Under the pieces are notes generated by a model, which saw nothing but the letters and a program-made list of their open reading frames with translations, was not told the DNA's origin and did not search any database. From contig OZ240248.1 of NCBI GenBank assembly GCA_965198235.1, positions 4,128,001-4,192,000 on the forward strand: a stretch of 64,000 nt of DNA, given 5' to 3'. A program made the position numbers and the translations under genes. Shown piece after piece: positions 46,916-56,442 of this stretch. Position 1 is the first letter of the stretch. The number at the start of each line of letters is the position of its first letter. This DNA comes from Candidatus Poribacteria bacterium. Its GTDB lineage: Bacteria; Poribacteria; WGA-4E; WGA-3G.

Positions 46916-47551
46916 ATGAGTAGATACTTAGATTCAGTCTGTAAATTATGCCGACGGGAAGGTGAAAAACTCTTTCTGAAAGGGCGTCGATGCAACGGAC
47001 CTAAATGTTCTTTTGAACGCCGCAGTTACCCGCCTGGCGAACACGGTCAGACACCGCCACGCAGAAGTCGCGGGGACAATTTCCGACGACAGTTGCGCGC
47101 AAAACAGAAAGTCAAACGCACTTACGGTGTTTTTGAGAAACAATTCCGGAACTATTACTTCAAAGCAGCGCGCCAAACAGGTATCGCTGGCGAGAATTTA
47201 ATTAGCTTCCTTGAACGCAGGTTAGACAACGTCGTTTACCGACTCGGGTTCGCAACCTCCCGAAATCAGGCGCGTCAACTCGTGAAGCACAACCACTTCA
47301 CTGTCAACGGCAAGCGGGTTAATATCCCATCTTATATCGTGAAAGTTGGCGATGTCATTATACCTCGCGAACGGAGCCGGAACCTTGCGACTATTCAAGA
47401 GGCATTAGAATACTCACAGCATCGCGGCGCACCTGAATGGCTCGAAATTGATGCGGACAAAGCAGAAGGGCGTGTTCAAGGGACACCCGTGGTAGAGCAA
47501 ATCGCCATCGACCTTGAAACGCAACTTATCATTGAACTTTACTCCCGATAG
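46916..47551 (+). CDS. rpsD: 30S protein S4 (Zn-binding type)
   Basis: CKLCRREG, PPGEHG, LERRLDNVVYRLG. Confidence 0.98.
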   Translation: MSRYLDSVCKLCRREGEKLFLKGRRCNGPKCSFERRSYPPGEHGQTPPRRSRGDNFRRQLRAKQKVKRTYGVFEKQFRNYYFKAARQTGIAGENLISFLERRLDNVVYRLGFATSRNQARQLVKHNHFTVNGKRVNIPSYIVKVGDVIIPRERSRNLATIQEALEYSQHRGAPEWLEIDADKAEGRVQGTPVVEQIAIDLETQLIIELYSR

Positions 47552-47791
47552 ACACATCCCCTATACCTGTGCGTTATCGAATACCGAGTGTTTCATTAAC
47601 ATGTATGCGACGCTATAGTACATCTACATAATAATTAAGAACAAATGGAAGCTTGCATCGTGCGAAGGAATCAGGGGATGGTAAAAAATACAATACAGGC
47701 ACAAAATTAAGAGTCCGTGCGCAACACAATAGCCCACTACCACTCAGTTTGTCCGTATTTTAACACTTAATTTAATTCTTATAGGAGGAAA

Positions 47792-48814
47792 TTGATGATA
47801 AGGTCCGAGCTAGAAATGCCCGAGCGGCTAAAAACTGATACAGATTCCTTACGCCCTGATTATGCAAAGTATACCGCTGAACCTTTTGAGCGCGGATTCG
47901 GAACAACCCTCGGCAATTCGCTACGCAGAGTCCTCCTTTCCTCAATTAAAGGCGCGGCGATTACAGCCATTCAGATTGAGCAAGTAAAGCATGAATACGC
48001 TACAATTCCCGGAGTCGTGGAAGATGTCGTACGGATCATTCTCAACCTCAAAGAGATCCGGCTAAGTATCGCAACCGACGACCCAATGCGACTCACATTG
48101 AAAGCGAAAGGATCTGGCGAAGTTACAGCCGCCGACATTCGTTCTAACGCATTCGTTGAGATTATAAACCCTGACCAGCATATCGCAACACTCGATGAAT
48201 GCGAAGGATTGGACATAGAAATTCACGTACAAACAGGTAGAGGATACTCACTCGCCGAAGAGCACAGAACCCAAGGACACGAGATCGGATTGATTCCCGT
48301 CGATGCGAAGTTCTCACCCGTTGAAAAAGTGAATTTCTGGGTAGAAGAAACCCGTGTCGGCGATATGACTAATTTCGATAAACTTAACCTCGAAGTCTGG
48401 ACGGATGCAACCATCACGGCAAAGGAAGCTGTCACACGCGCTGCCAACATTCTGCTACAACAACTCGAGATCTTCACAGAATTCGATGAAAGCTACGTTG
48501 AACCGGAACCTGAGATCGATGAGGCAAAACTCCGGCGCAATCGATACCTCGCCAAGCCCGTCTCTGAACTTGAACTCTCGGTCCGAGCCAGTAACTGCCT
48601 CGAAACGGCAAATATCAAAACTATACGAGAACTCGTCACAAAAGAGGAAAAGGATATGTTGGAATACAAGAATTTTGGGCGAACCTCGCTAAATGAAATC
48701 AAAGAGCAACTCGCCAACATGGGACTTGCCCTCGGAATGGAATTGGACGACTTAGACGACGCGGATATCGGCGAAGAAGATATGATGCAAGCACCTTTGC
48801 AACCCCCTATGTAA
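47792..48814 (+). CDS. rpoA: RNA polymerase alpha subunit
   Basis: EPFERGFGTTLGNSLRRVLLSS, LELSVRASNCL, NFGRTSL. Confidence 0.99.
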   Translation: MMIRSELEMPERLKTDTDSLRPDYAKYTAEPFERGFGTTLGNSLRRVLLSSIKGAAITAIQIEQVKHEYATIPGVVEDVVRIILNLKEIRLSIATDDPMRLTLKAKGSGEVTAADIRSNAFVEIINPDQHIATLDECEGLDIEIHVQTGRGYSLAEEHRTQGHEIGLIPVDAKFSPVEKVNFWVEETRVGDMTNFDKLNLEVWTDATITAKEAVTRAANILLQQLEIFTEFDESYVEPEPEIDEAKLRRNRYLAKPVSELELSVRASNCLETANIKTIRELVTKEEKDMLEYKNFGRTSLNEIKEQLANMGLALGMELDDLDDADIGEEDMMQAPLQPPM

Positions 48815-48847
48815 TTCTTCACGACAACGCGTAAATGGAGGAAGACG

Positions 48848-49252
48848 ATGCGTCACAGAAAACGCGGACGGAAATTGGGACGAACGACAAGCCATCGAAA
48901 AGCACTTTTCCGCAACCAAGCCACCGCGCTATTTGAACACGAACAAATTCGGACAACACTCCCAAAGTGTAAAGAACTTCGCCGTGTGGCTGAAAAGTTG
49001 ATTACGCTCGCTAAACGCGGTGACTTACCCTCACGCCGACAAGCCGCAAAAATGCTCTATGGGACCAATCTGCATTACACGCCCAGAAGAGGAGAAGAAG
49101 TGAGTGGCCTCAACAAACACGCCATCCTACGCAAACTGTTCGATGACCTCGGACCGCGGTATCAAGACCGGAGCGGGGGATATACACGTATTATACGAGG
49201 TGAACTCCGAAAAGGCGACGGGGCACAGATAGGCTACATTCAACTGGTTTAA
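48848..49252 (+). CDS. rplQ: 50S protein L17
   Basis: [18 protein letters not shown]. Confidence 0.98.
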   Translation: MRHRKRGRKLGRTTSHRKALFRNQATALFEHEQIRTTLPKCKELRRVAEKLITLAKRGDLPSRRQAAKMLYGTNLHYTPRRGEEVSGLNKHAILRKLFDDLGPRYQDRSGGYTRIIRGELRKGDGAQIGYIQLV

Positions 49253-49382
49253 TGGCTGTCGGCTATCGGCTATCAGCAGTCGGTAAAGAGGTTCTCTTTC
49301 TCAGACTCTCCCACGCGCTTCAAAAGTTTTGTATCAGTAGGCGTGGGCGCGTCTGCGCTGAAAGCCGACTGCTGACAACCAA
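49253..49382. repeat. inverted heptamer-repeat arms enclosing a GTAG-REP-like hairpin
   Basis: GGCTGTCGGCTATCGGCTATCAGCAGTCGG ... CCGACTGCTGACAACC; similar arms near 2820, 35600, 46425 and 56570. Confidence 0.7.
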
Positions 49383-50663
49383 TTAAAACCGATACGCAGC
49401 GGATACAAACACTCGATGTGTAAGCCGTTCTGTGGTCAATTCATTTCTGCTCCGCTGCCAAGTTCCCAACATATACCCCACATCAAACTTTAGGGAATCT
49501 TCAAAGATCTTTCCGACACCTACTGTTAAGAAATCGCGTGCGTTGTTAACTTCAGTATCAGTGAACGGAATCGTATCCCGAAAATAACCGAAACGGACAT
49601 GTGTATCGATAGTAGGTATCCTATATTCCACACCAAGCCGTGCCTGAAGCGTTGTGGCATAGAACTCCTCAAAATTATCCTGCGAAATGTCATCTGCTGG
49701 AGCTGGATCGTAGCGGGTCTGCGTCCAATCCGTGAGTTGAACATCACCTGCCAAAATCAATTGCTTGTTCAACAATTTCACAGCAATTCCCGTTCCAATT
49801 TCAAAGGGTCTCTCAATATCAAACGCTTGCGCTCCGCTTACAGAATCCGACATCTCTTCTCCATCGTCATAAACTGCCCGAGTCGATTGATACCAACGTT
49901 CATCAACCCCCAATTCAACCGGGGCGACCAGGGTTAAACCGACGCTAACAGCATCCGTCAGGTGCGCCAGAAGCCCTATCCGAGCACCTAAACCCGAGTA
50001 CTCCCGACCGATTTCGTCATCGTATCTGAAACGCGACAACTCGCTATCCACCTTCAACAGATCAGTTGCTGTCGTATCCAACTCATTTAGACTTTTACCC
50101 TGCCAAAAGTCCAAGGAACCACCAATGAGAACGCGTTTTGAAACGTACACGCTCGTGCCGAAACTCCAAATCCCAATGCCACCACTGTTCACGTCAGTCT
50201 CGTCAACAGCCAGTCCACTGAATTCAGTGTCTGAACTCGGATCAATCCCCTGAATCGCAGTCTGATAGTCAAAGTTCTGTGGACGATTGTAGCCGAAAGC
50301 GATCGCCCAACCTCCCTGCCTCGCATGGAATGGATAAACAAACCCGATCGAATTCGGACGCATCTGCGAGCGGGTCGTCCCCGTGATCTCATCACCCGTG
50401 AAATACGCATCCGTACTCGCTGTGTTATGTGAAAAGCTACTAAACAGCTCAAACTTTTGGATCTGCGCCATCCCTGCCGGATTCCAATAAAGCGCGGTGA
50501 AATCATCAGCGAGTGCAAGTGAGGCACCCCCCATTCCCATCGTCCGAGCACCAACACCGAACATATTTCCGATCGCCATTTCTTCTACTTGCGCCATACT
50601 GACAGTCGTCCAGAACACTGCAGCAAATAGGAGAATAAAGATAGTATATATTGTTCGTTTCAT
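49383..50663 (-). CDS. FadL/OmpP1/TodX-like outer-membrane beta-barrel protein
   Basis: Signal peptide, GARTMGMGGA..A..DD.TALYWNPAG, C-terminal YRF. Confidence 0.85.
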   Translation of the reverse strand: MKRTIYTIFILLFAAVFWTTVSMAQVEEMAIGNMFGVGARTMGMGGASLALADDFTALYWNPAGMAQIQKFELFSSFSHNTASTDAYFTGDEITGTTRSQMRPNSIGFVYPFHARQGGWAIAFGYNRPQNFDYQTAIQGIDPSSDTEFSGLAVDETDVNSGGIGIWSFGTSVYVSKRVLIGGSLDFWQGKSLNELDTTATDLLKVDSELSRFRYDDEIGREYSGLGARIGLLAHLTDAVSVGLTLVAPVELGVDERWYQSTRAVYDDGEEMSDSVSGAQAFDIERPFEIGTGIAVKLLNKQLILAGDVQLTDWTQTRYDPAPADDISQDNFEEFYATTLQARLGVEYRIPTIDTHVRFGYFRDTIPFTDTEVNNARDFLTVGVGKIFEDSLKFDVGYMLGTWQRSRNELTTERLTHRVFVSAAYRF

Positions 50664-50754
50664 CGTTCCGATCCCTCCATTCATTCTTTCTCATTGACGG
50701 TGTACTTTGCAAGCGCGTCCGTTCACAAAGATGCCGATTCCTCTATTACTAATT

Positions 50755-51339
50755 TTAGTTCCGATTTCTCGTCCGTCGCTGCGGCCGTTCCGATCTTGAC
50801 TTTGGTGAAGTCACACTCCGTGAACTCCGAGAACGTCGGTTTTCAGGTCGCCAGTCGCGTCTGTTGTAAGTCCGCCGTGAGAGGGGAACATACCGGCTCC
50901 TACCGTAATACCGCCGATAGACGTTCGTATACGGATAATATCCCCCGTAATAGCGGGAGTACGGCGCGTAACCGTAATATCCGTATCTGTAAAACCAAGG
51001 GTGTGAATAATACGGCATAACGGGCAGATAATAGCCATACGGATACGGTGCATAAGGTCCCCAATAGCTGCCGTAGTCCCTGCGTGGATAAACGTACGTG
51101 TCACGACGGGTATACTTCCGTCGTCCGTAATAGCCTTCCGACTCTTCAGCATCGGTATGCTCTGGCTCCAATTCCTCCGATTCTGCTGCAGAGTGCTCTT
51201 CCGTTTTCTCTTCCTCCAAAACCGTCCGGTATTTCCGATCGAAATCCGAAGACGCATAATAACCGAGTTGCGTATAACACCCGGCAAATGCCACCATTGC
51301 CAAAAGCAACGATAATACGAAAGTTACTTGCAACTTCAT
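50755..51339 (-). CDS. Tyr/Arg-rich putative lipoprotein
   Basis: Lipobox FAGC-YT; Y/P/G-rich core and R/S-rich tail. Confidence 0.8.
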   Translation of the reverse strand: MKLQVTFVLSLLLAMVAFAGCYTQLGYYASSDFDRKYRTVLEEEKTEEHSAAESEELEPEHTDAEESEGYYGRRKYTRRDTYVYPRRDYGSYWGPYAPYPYGYYLPVMPYYSHPWFYRYGYYGYAPYSRYYGGYYPYTNVYRRYYGRSRYVPLSRRTYNRRDWRPENRRSRSSRSVTSPKSRSERPQRRTRNRN

Positions 51340-51391
51340 GTCTCTTTCTCCTTTAGATTTATCCGTCAGTCCCGACTATTATAACATATTA

Positions 51392-51419
51392 TACGAGAGA
51401 CCCCTAAAAAAAGTTTACA
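51392..51419 (-). promoter_or_regulatory. putative ECF (SigW-like) promoter
   Basis: TGTAAAC-17 nt-CGTA, overlapping a TATAAT. Confidence 0.4.
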
Positions 51420-51601
51420 TCTGTTCTCGAAACGCGTGATAAAGCAGTGAAAGAAATCAAAAGATCCTTTCGGCACCCTCGATGCTCTTGACTGCGTAAC
51501 TTCTGTAGAGAAAAAAATTAGTCAGTAATTTCTCCAGCAGAGTCGCCCCCTACTTCCTCAGAAATTCATCTTCCTGTCTTCTTAACACCAACCCCTTTTT
51601 C

Positions 51602-51630
51602 TTGACCTCATCCTACCCTCGTGCTAAACT
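51602..51630 (+). promoter_or_regulatory. sigma70 promoter predicted to give a leaderless mRNA
   Basis: TTGACC-17 nt-TAAACT with extended TG; 6 nt between the -10 and the ATG; no SD. Confidence 0.6.
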
Positions 51631-51636
51631 GAAACC

Positions 51637-52542
51637 ATGAAGGTTTTCATTCAAATCGGACACGGCATCATCGGTGCTGCTGTTATTTCAGGTCTATGTA
51701 TATGGCAAGCAGGCAGTTTCGGTGAAGCGAGACACACGCTTAGCATCATCGGTGCGATCGCCATTGTCATTGCCAGTCTCTATCTTCTGCGAAGCCGCTG
51801 GATTCGGTGGGGCAATCGTCAAACATGGCTCAAATACCATCAACGGCTTGCCTCCTTAGGTTTGTGCTTGGTGCTACTGCACTCTGCATTCCAACCGCTC
51901 GCGTGGCACTCGTGGCTTACATTTCTGCTCGCCTTGTCGAACTTAGGCACCGGCATCGCCGTGAGCCTGACCTCTCGCGGAGCGCGACGCATTCTGCTCC
52001 GATGCCATCTCATCCTTGCACCAATCCTACTCGTCAGCATTGTATTCCATGGACAAAAAAAACTGGAGCATGACGAATTCTTCCCCCTCACGGAAGTTCA
52101 CGATGTGCCTTGCGCAAGATGCCATACACCCGATCGCCTTCTGTTCCATGTCGATTTAATCCTTCAGCAGGAATTGGACACATCAGAAACTGTTCCCGAC
52201 GATCTACACTGGTGGTTCTCCCAACACGAACTCAAAGTGCCGCCAACCGCTTCTGTCGCTATCCGAGAAACAGGAAACGCGTGGACAATTGCGGATAGCA
52301 AAAACAACCGCACCTATCACGCCCGGAAGGTAGCAGATAACATTGCCATCTACGCTGATTCCGATTATGGAAGTTACACCTGTCTCAAATGCCACGAACA
52401 CAATACAGAAGAAATTCGTTTAGCGCATGAGCTGCACGGTGTCGCTGATTTCCATAGATGTTTCGTCTGCCACCAGACCGAAATTGACGGCATAACTTAC
52501 GGGCGACAACGCGTCAATTGGGAATACGATCCGAACTGGTAG
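51637..52542 (+). CDS. membrane protein with His-containing TM helices and three CxxCH heme-c motifs
   Basis: About 5 TM helices with 4 paired His; CARCH, CLKCH, CFVCH. Confidence 0.8.
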   Translation: MKVFIQIGHGIIGAAVISGLCIWQAGSFGEARHTLSIIGAIAIVIASLYLLRSRWIRWGNRQTWLKYHQRLASLGLCLVLLHSAFQPLAWHSWLTFLLALSNLGTGIAVSLTSRGARRILLRCHLILAPILLVSIVFHGQKKLEHDEFFPLTEVHDVPCARCHTPDRLLFHVDLILQQELDTSETVPDDLHWWFSQHELKVPPTASVAIRETGNAWTIADSKNNRTYHARKVADNIAIYADSDYGSYTCLKCHEHNTEEIRLAHELHGVADFHRCFVCHQTEIDGITYGRQRVNWEYDPNW

Positions 52543-52543
52543 G

Positions 52544-54487
52544 ATGAAACGAGAAACCCCAAAAATGCCAAACAGAAACGTCAGCTTCCGCGCTGTCCTA
52601 CTTGCACTCCTCATCACTATCCCGAACTCCTACTGGCTCATGATCAACTGGGGTCCCAGCGGTTATGGCACAGGTCAGAGTTTCCCAACTGTCTCCACCG
52701 TTTACTTCAACGTCATTTTCGTTGTACTAATCTTGATGGCGGTAAATCCCTTGCTCCGAGCAATCGGGAAAAATGCAAGCCTCACCGATGCCGAGTTGAT
52801 GGTGGTCTACCTACTCGTATCCATCGCTTCCTCCATCGCAGGACACGACACACTCCAGATATTGTGGCCCCTGCTCACCTATCCCATCTGGTTCGCGAGT
52901 CCAGAGAATGAATGGGGTGAACTGTTTCATCGTCACATGCCAGATTGGCTCACCATCAAAGAACGGAACGTGCTGGCAACCTTCTATCAAGGGGACTCCT
53001 CACTTCACACTGTCCAACATTTAGAACTCTGGCTACCGCCTGTGCTCTGGTGGTCCGCCCTCATCATCGTGCTAACGGGCATGATGCTCTGCATAACAAT
53101 CCTCATCCGACACCAATGGGTGAACCACGAAAAACTCAGCTACCCCGTCATTCAGATTCCACTTCACTTGACAGAAAACGGCGGACGCGTCCTCCTGACC
53201 AATCGGCTGTTTCTGTTAGGGGTTGTACTCGCTGGTGGGATAAACCTCCTTAACGGTCTCCACTTTCTATTCCCCGTCGTGCCGGGATTAGGAGGGAGTC
53301 TCTACAACTTAGGGCAGTATTTTCAGACAAAACCACTAAACGCCATCGGCAGGCTGCCCATCGCCGTCTATCCATTTGCTATCGGGATGAGTTTTTTTAT
53401 TCCGTTGGAACTCTCGTTCTCTATCTGGTTTTTTTACCTCTTCCACAAAACGACGCGCGTATGGGGCACGATGGCAGGTATCGGACATCTACCGGGATTC
53501 CCATTTCTCGATGCGCAATCCTTCGGTGCCTGGTTCTGCTTAGGGATCTCCGCGATATGGCTTACCCGAAAGTTCATCGTACGGCAGGTAAAAAACGCCT
53601 TCCGAGGCGGCAATGTCGAACCAGACACAATGGGTACACCTTCAGCACATACCCGATACGCGATCATCGGGTTGATAGTCGGTAGCATCTTCATCCTTGT
53701 GTTCTTCAAAAGCGCAGGCACACCGATCTTCAGCACTCTCGGCTATTTTACACTCTTCTTTGCGTTAGCCATCGCCATTACCCGTATTCGTGCTGAAGTC
53801 GGACCCCCCGCACACGATGTGCCGTGGAGACCGGATAAGGTCCTTGTCTCCTTTCTCGGCACTCGCCGCATTGGCGCAGAGGGATTAACCACGTTTAGTA
53901 TGTTTCACGGTTTCAACCGATCCTATCGCTCCCATCCGATGCCGATTATGTTGGAGGGCTTCAAGGTGGCACAGGTCCGTGGGTTATCGCACAATCGTTT
54001 TATCGTTGCCATCATCTTGGTGACTATCGTCGGAACGATCTCATCAGCGTGGGCATATTACGCACAAGGCTATCATTACGGGGCGGCAGTCTATGGTGAG
54101 CAGGCACAATGCCGCTGGACCTACGAGCAGCTGAAGCAGTGGCTCATTAACCCGCAATCCATAGATGTCGGTGCGGTCTCCGCCTCTGGTGGCGCGATCA
54201 CCTTAACAACGCTCCTGATGGTGCTACGCCGCCGTTTCATCTGGTGGCCCTTCCATCCTGCAGGCTACGCCTTGTCACTCAGCTTTTGGAACACAAGTTG
54301 GTATTGGTTCTCGATCTTCTTGTCATGGGGAATAAAAGCGATTCTCTTTCAGGCGGGAGGACTACGCACCTATCGTCGTGCGATGCCGTTCTTCATAGGT
54401 TTAGTCATTGGTGAGTTTCTCCTTGGAGCCATCTGGACATTAATCGGCATCGCCTTAGAACGTCCGATGTATCGGTTCATGTTCTAA
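52544..54487 (+). CDS. polytopic membrane protein, DUF6785/DUF6784-like putative peptide transporter
   Basis: About 16 TM helices; RHQWVNHEKLSYP, RIRAEVG, WWPFHPAGY, PFFIGLVIGE. Confidence 0.7.
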   Translation: MKRETPKMPNRNVSFRAVLLALLITIPNSYWLMINWGPSGYGTGQSFPTVSTVYFNVIFVVLILMAVNPLLRAIGKNASLTDAELMVVYLLVSIASSIAGHDTLQILWPLLTYPIWFASPENEWGELFHRHMPDWLTIKERNVLATFYQGDSSLHTVQHLELWLPPVLWWSALIIVLTGMMLCITILIRHQWVNHEKLSYPVIQIPLHLTENGGRVLLTNRLFLLGVVLAGGINLLNGLHFLFPVVPGLGGSLYNLGQYFQTKPLNAIGRLPIAVYPFAIGMSFFIPLELSFSIWFFYLFHKTTRVWGTMAGIGHLPGFPFLDAQSFGAWFCLGISAIWLTRKFIVRQVKNAFRGGNVEPDTMGTPSAHTRYAIIGLIVGSIFILVFFKSAGTPIFSTLGYFTLFFALAIAITRIRAEVGPPAHDVPWRPDKVLVSFLGTRRIGAEGLTTFSMFHGFNRSYRSHPMPIMLEGFKVAQVRGLSHNRFIVAIILVTIVGTISSAWAYYAQGYHYGAAVYGEQAQCRWTYEQLKQWLINPQSIDVGAVSASGGAITLTTLLMVLRRRFIWWPFHPAGYALSLSFWNTSWYWFSIFLSWGIKAILFQAGGLRTYRRAMPFFIGLVIGEFLLGAIWTLIGIALERPMYRFMF

Positions 54488-54604
54488 TTTTTAATTGATG
54501 GGCATCTTATCTGCGCTCCATTACATTACGCGCAGGTTTCCGATCATCCTATGCCGCTTCTTTAAAATCAAGCAGTTTCTTTAACAATATCTGAGGAACA
54601 CACA

Positions 54605-55435
54605 ATGAGACTTAGTTGCCTCCCCGTCTCCCTTTACGATGACATCTTCACAGGAAAAAGCACCGTCGCCGATTGGATTCAGTTCGGTGCAGAATTAGGA
54701 CTGGATGCAGTCGATTTCAGTATCAAATTCTTCCCAAAGCGCGACGCAGAAACGGTAAAAAACACACGCACCGCTCTCGAAAGGTTCAGTATAGAACCGT
54801 GTATGCTCGCCTGTTATTGCGACTTCACACACCCCGACGCAGCACAACGCGCACAGGAGTTAACCGACCTGAAGGCGGACATCGAACTGGCAAAAGCGTT
54901 GGGAGCAAAATTCATTCGGGTGACAGCAGGACAAAACCATCCCGGCACCGGACGTGAAGCAGGCGTGCGTTGGGTAACAGACGGATTTCGTCGTGCCCTT
55001 GACGAAGCGGAAAAGCACGGTATCACCCTCGCCTACGAGAATCATACCAAAGGCGCACCTTGGGATTATTGGGATTTCTCACAACCCACAGAGATTTTCT
55101 TAGAAATCTTAGACGCGCTTTCCGACACACCCCTCGGCGTTTGCTTCGACACCGCAAACCCGCTCGTCCTCGGTGAAGATGTACTCGCACTTCTGGATAA
55201 CGTTATCCACCGGGTCGTCGTGCTACATATTTTCGATCTGCGTGCAGTTAGGGTGTTTGAACCTGTCCGCGTCGGCACTGGTGCCTCACCGATTCCGCAA
55301 ATTTTTTCGCGCCTGAGACAAATAGGCTACGACAACTGGCTTAGCATCGAGGAAGCCAGCCGTTCAGGACAGGAAGGGTTTGAACAGTCAATCGCCTATG
55401 TCCAAAACGCTTGGGAACAGGCATTATCCGCGTGA
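54605..55435 (+). CDS. sugar phosphate isomerase/epimerase (xylose-isomerase-like TIM barrel)
   Basis: LAYENH, FDTAN, HIFD, LSIE. Confidence 0.88.
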   Translation: MRLSCLPVSLYDDIFTGKSTVADWIQFGAELGLDAVDFSIKFFPKRDAETVKNTRTALERFSIEPCMLACYCDFTHPDAAQRAQELTDLKADIELAKALGAKFIRVTAGQNHPGTGREAGVRWVTDGFRRALDEAEKHGITLAYENHTKGAPWDYWDFSQPTEIFLEILDALSDTPLGVCFDTANPLVLGEDVLALLDNVIHRVVVLHIFDLRAVRVFEPVRVGTGASPIPQIFSRLRQIGYDNWLSIEEASRSGQEGFEQSIAYVQNAWEQALSA

Positions 55436-56275
55436 AGGTTCACTCATCCGCTCTTGTGCTTGGCGCGAGAGTTCAGCGAGATGCCCATCGTTTGCCCGCA
55501 CCTGTTCAAGATGTATCCACCGTTCCGGTGTCGCTGTGCGCACCATCTTCTCGCCGTACTTCCGATCGATCCAAAAGCGGGCAGACCCCGCGATATAGGC
55601 TTGCAGCGCGTCGAGTTTGCCATCAGGATACCGTTGACAGAGATTCATCGTAAACATACGCCGTCGTTTGCCACCCCCGAATGCCGCATGCTTGGTATTA
55701 TGGTTAAACAACACCAGATCGCCGGGAGTTGTCTCAAAGACCGTCGCTGGAACATCCTTCCCGTGCAACTCCCAAAAATCCTGGCTCTTCCCAGCCTGCT
55801 TAGAGAGTGCATCCGCATAGTTATCACCGAAGAGATGACTTCCGGGAATAACGCGAAGCGCGCCAGTATCGCGAGTCAGTGGATCGAGATAGAGCGCAAT
55901 CTTGATGTGCATCGGATCCTCTAACTTATGCCCACCATCTGAGTGCCACCCCGTACTGCCGACGTAAAAATTGCCGTCGCTCCCCATGTAGTTGAAATCA
56001 TCACCGAGCAACGCCTTCGCGATCCCCAAAATTCTTGGGTCATCCAGCAGTGACGACAACTCCTCACTCTGATCAATGAACGGCACGATGCAGGAACGTG
56101 CAGTGCCTTCGTGCGGTTTACCGTCATGTCCTCCGCCTCTCTCCTCCCAAACCGCTTCAAAAGCGTCCTGAATTGCGGTAATCCGATCTGCCATCAGTTG
56201 TGGGAAACTGAGATAACCGAACGTTTTGAAAAAATTAAGCTCCGAATCGGTGATGCTGAAATCGTGCTGATTCAT
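55424..56275 (-). CDS. phytanoyl-CoA dioxygenase (PhyH) family enzyme
   Basis: WHSD, GALRVIPGSH, PGDLVLFNHNTKH. Confidence 0.88.
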   Translation of the reverse strand: MNQHDFSITDSELNFFKTFGYLSFPQLMADRITAIQDAFEAVWEERGGGHDGKPHEGTARSCIVPFIDQSEELSSLLDDPRILGIAKALLGDDFNYMGSDGNFYVGSTGWHSDGGHKLEDPMHIKIALYLDPLTRDTGALRVIPGSHLFGDNYADALSKQAGKSQDFWELHGKDVPATVFETTPGDLVLFNHNTKHAAFGGGKRRRMFTMNLCQRYPDGKLDALQAYIAGSARFWIDRKYGEKMVRTATPERWIHLEQVRANDGHLAELSRQAQERMSEPSRG

Positions 56276-56442
56276 CTCTACATCCTCCAGTGTGATACAA
56301 TGGAAACCTACATTCGGTTCCCTTAACGCCAGAAAACCTCATTACTGATACGCTATGATAGCATATTTTTCCATAATTTTGCAATCTGAACTGTGATCGA
56401 GACTCAATAGTAGGAACAACCCCCGAATCGCTACAATCTCCT

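Noticed and set aside
49055-49125. Insertion in L17
   Set aside because: Insertions at this position are known in other bacteria, for example Firmicutes.
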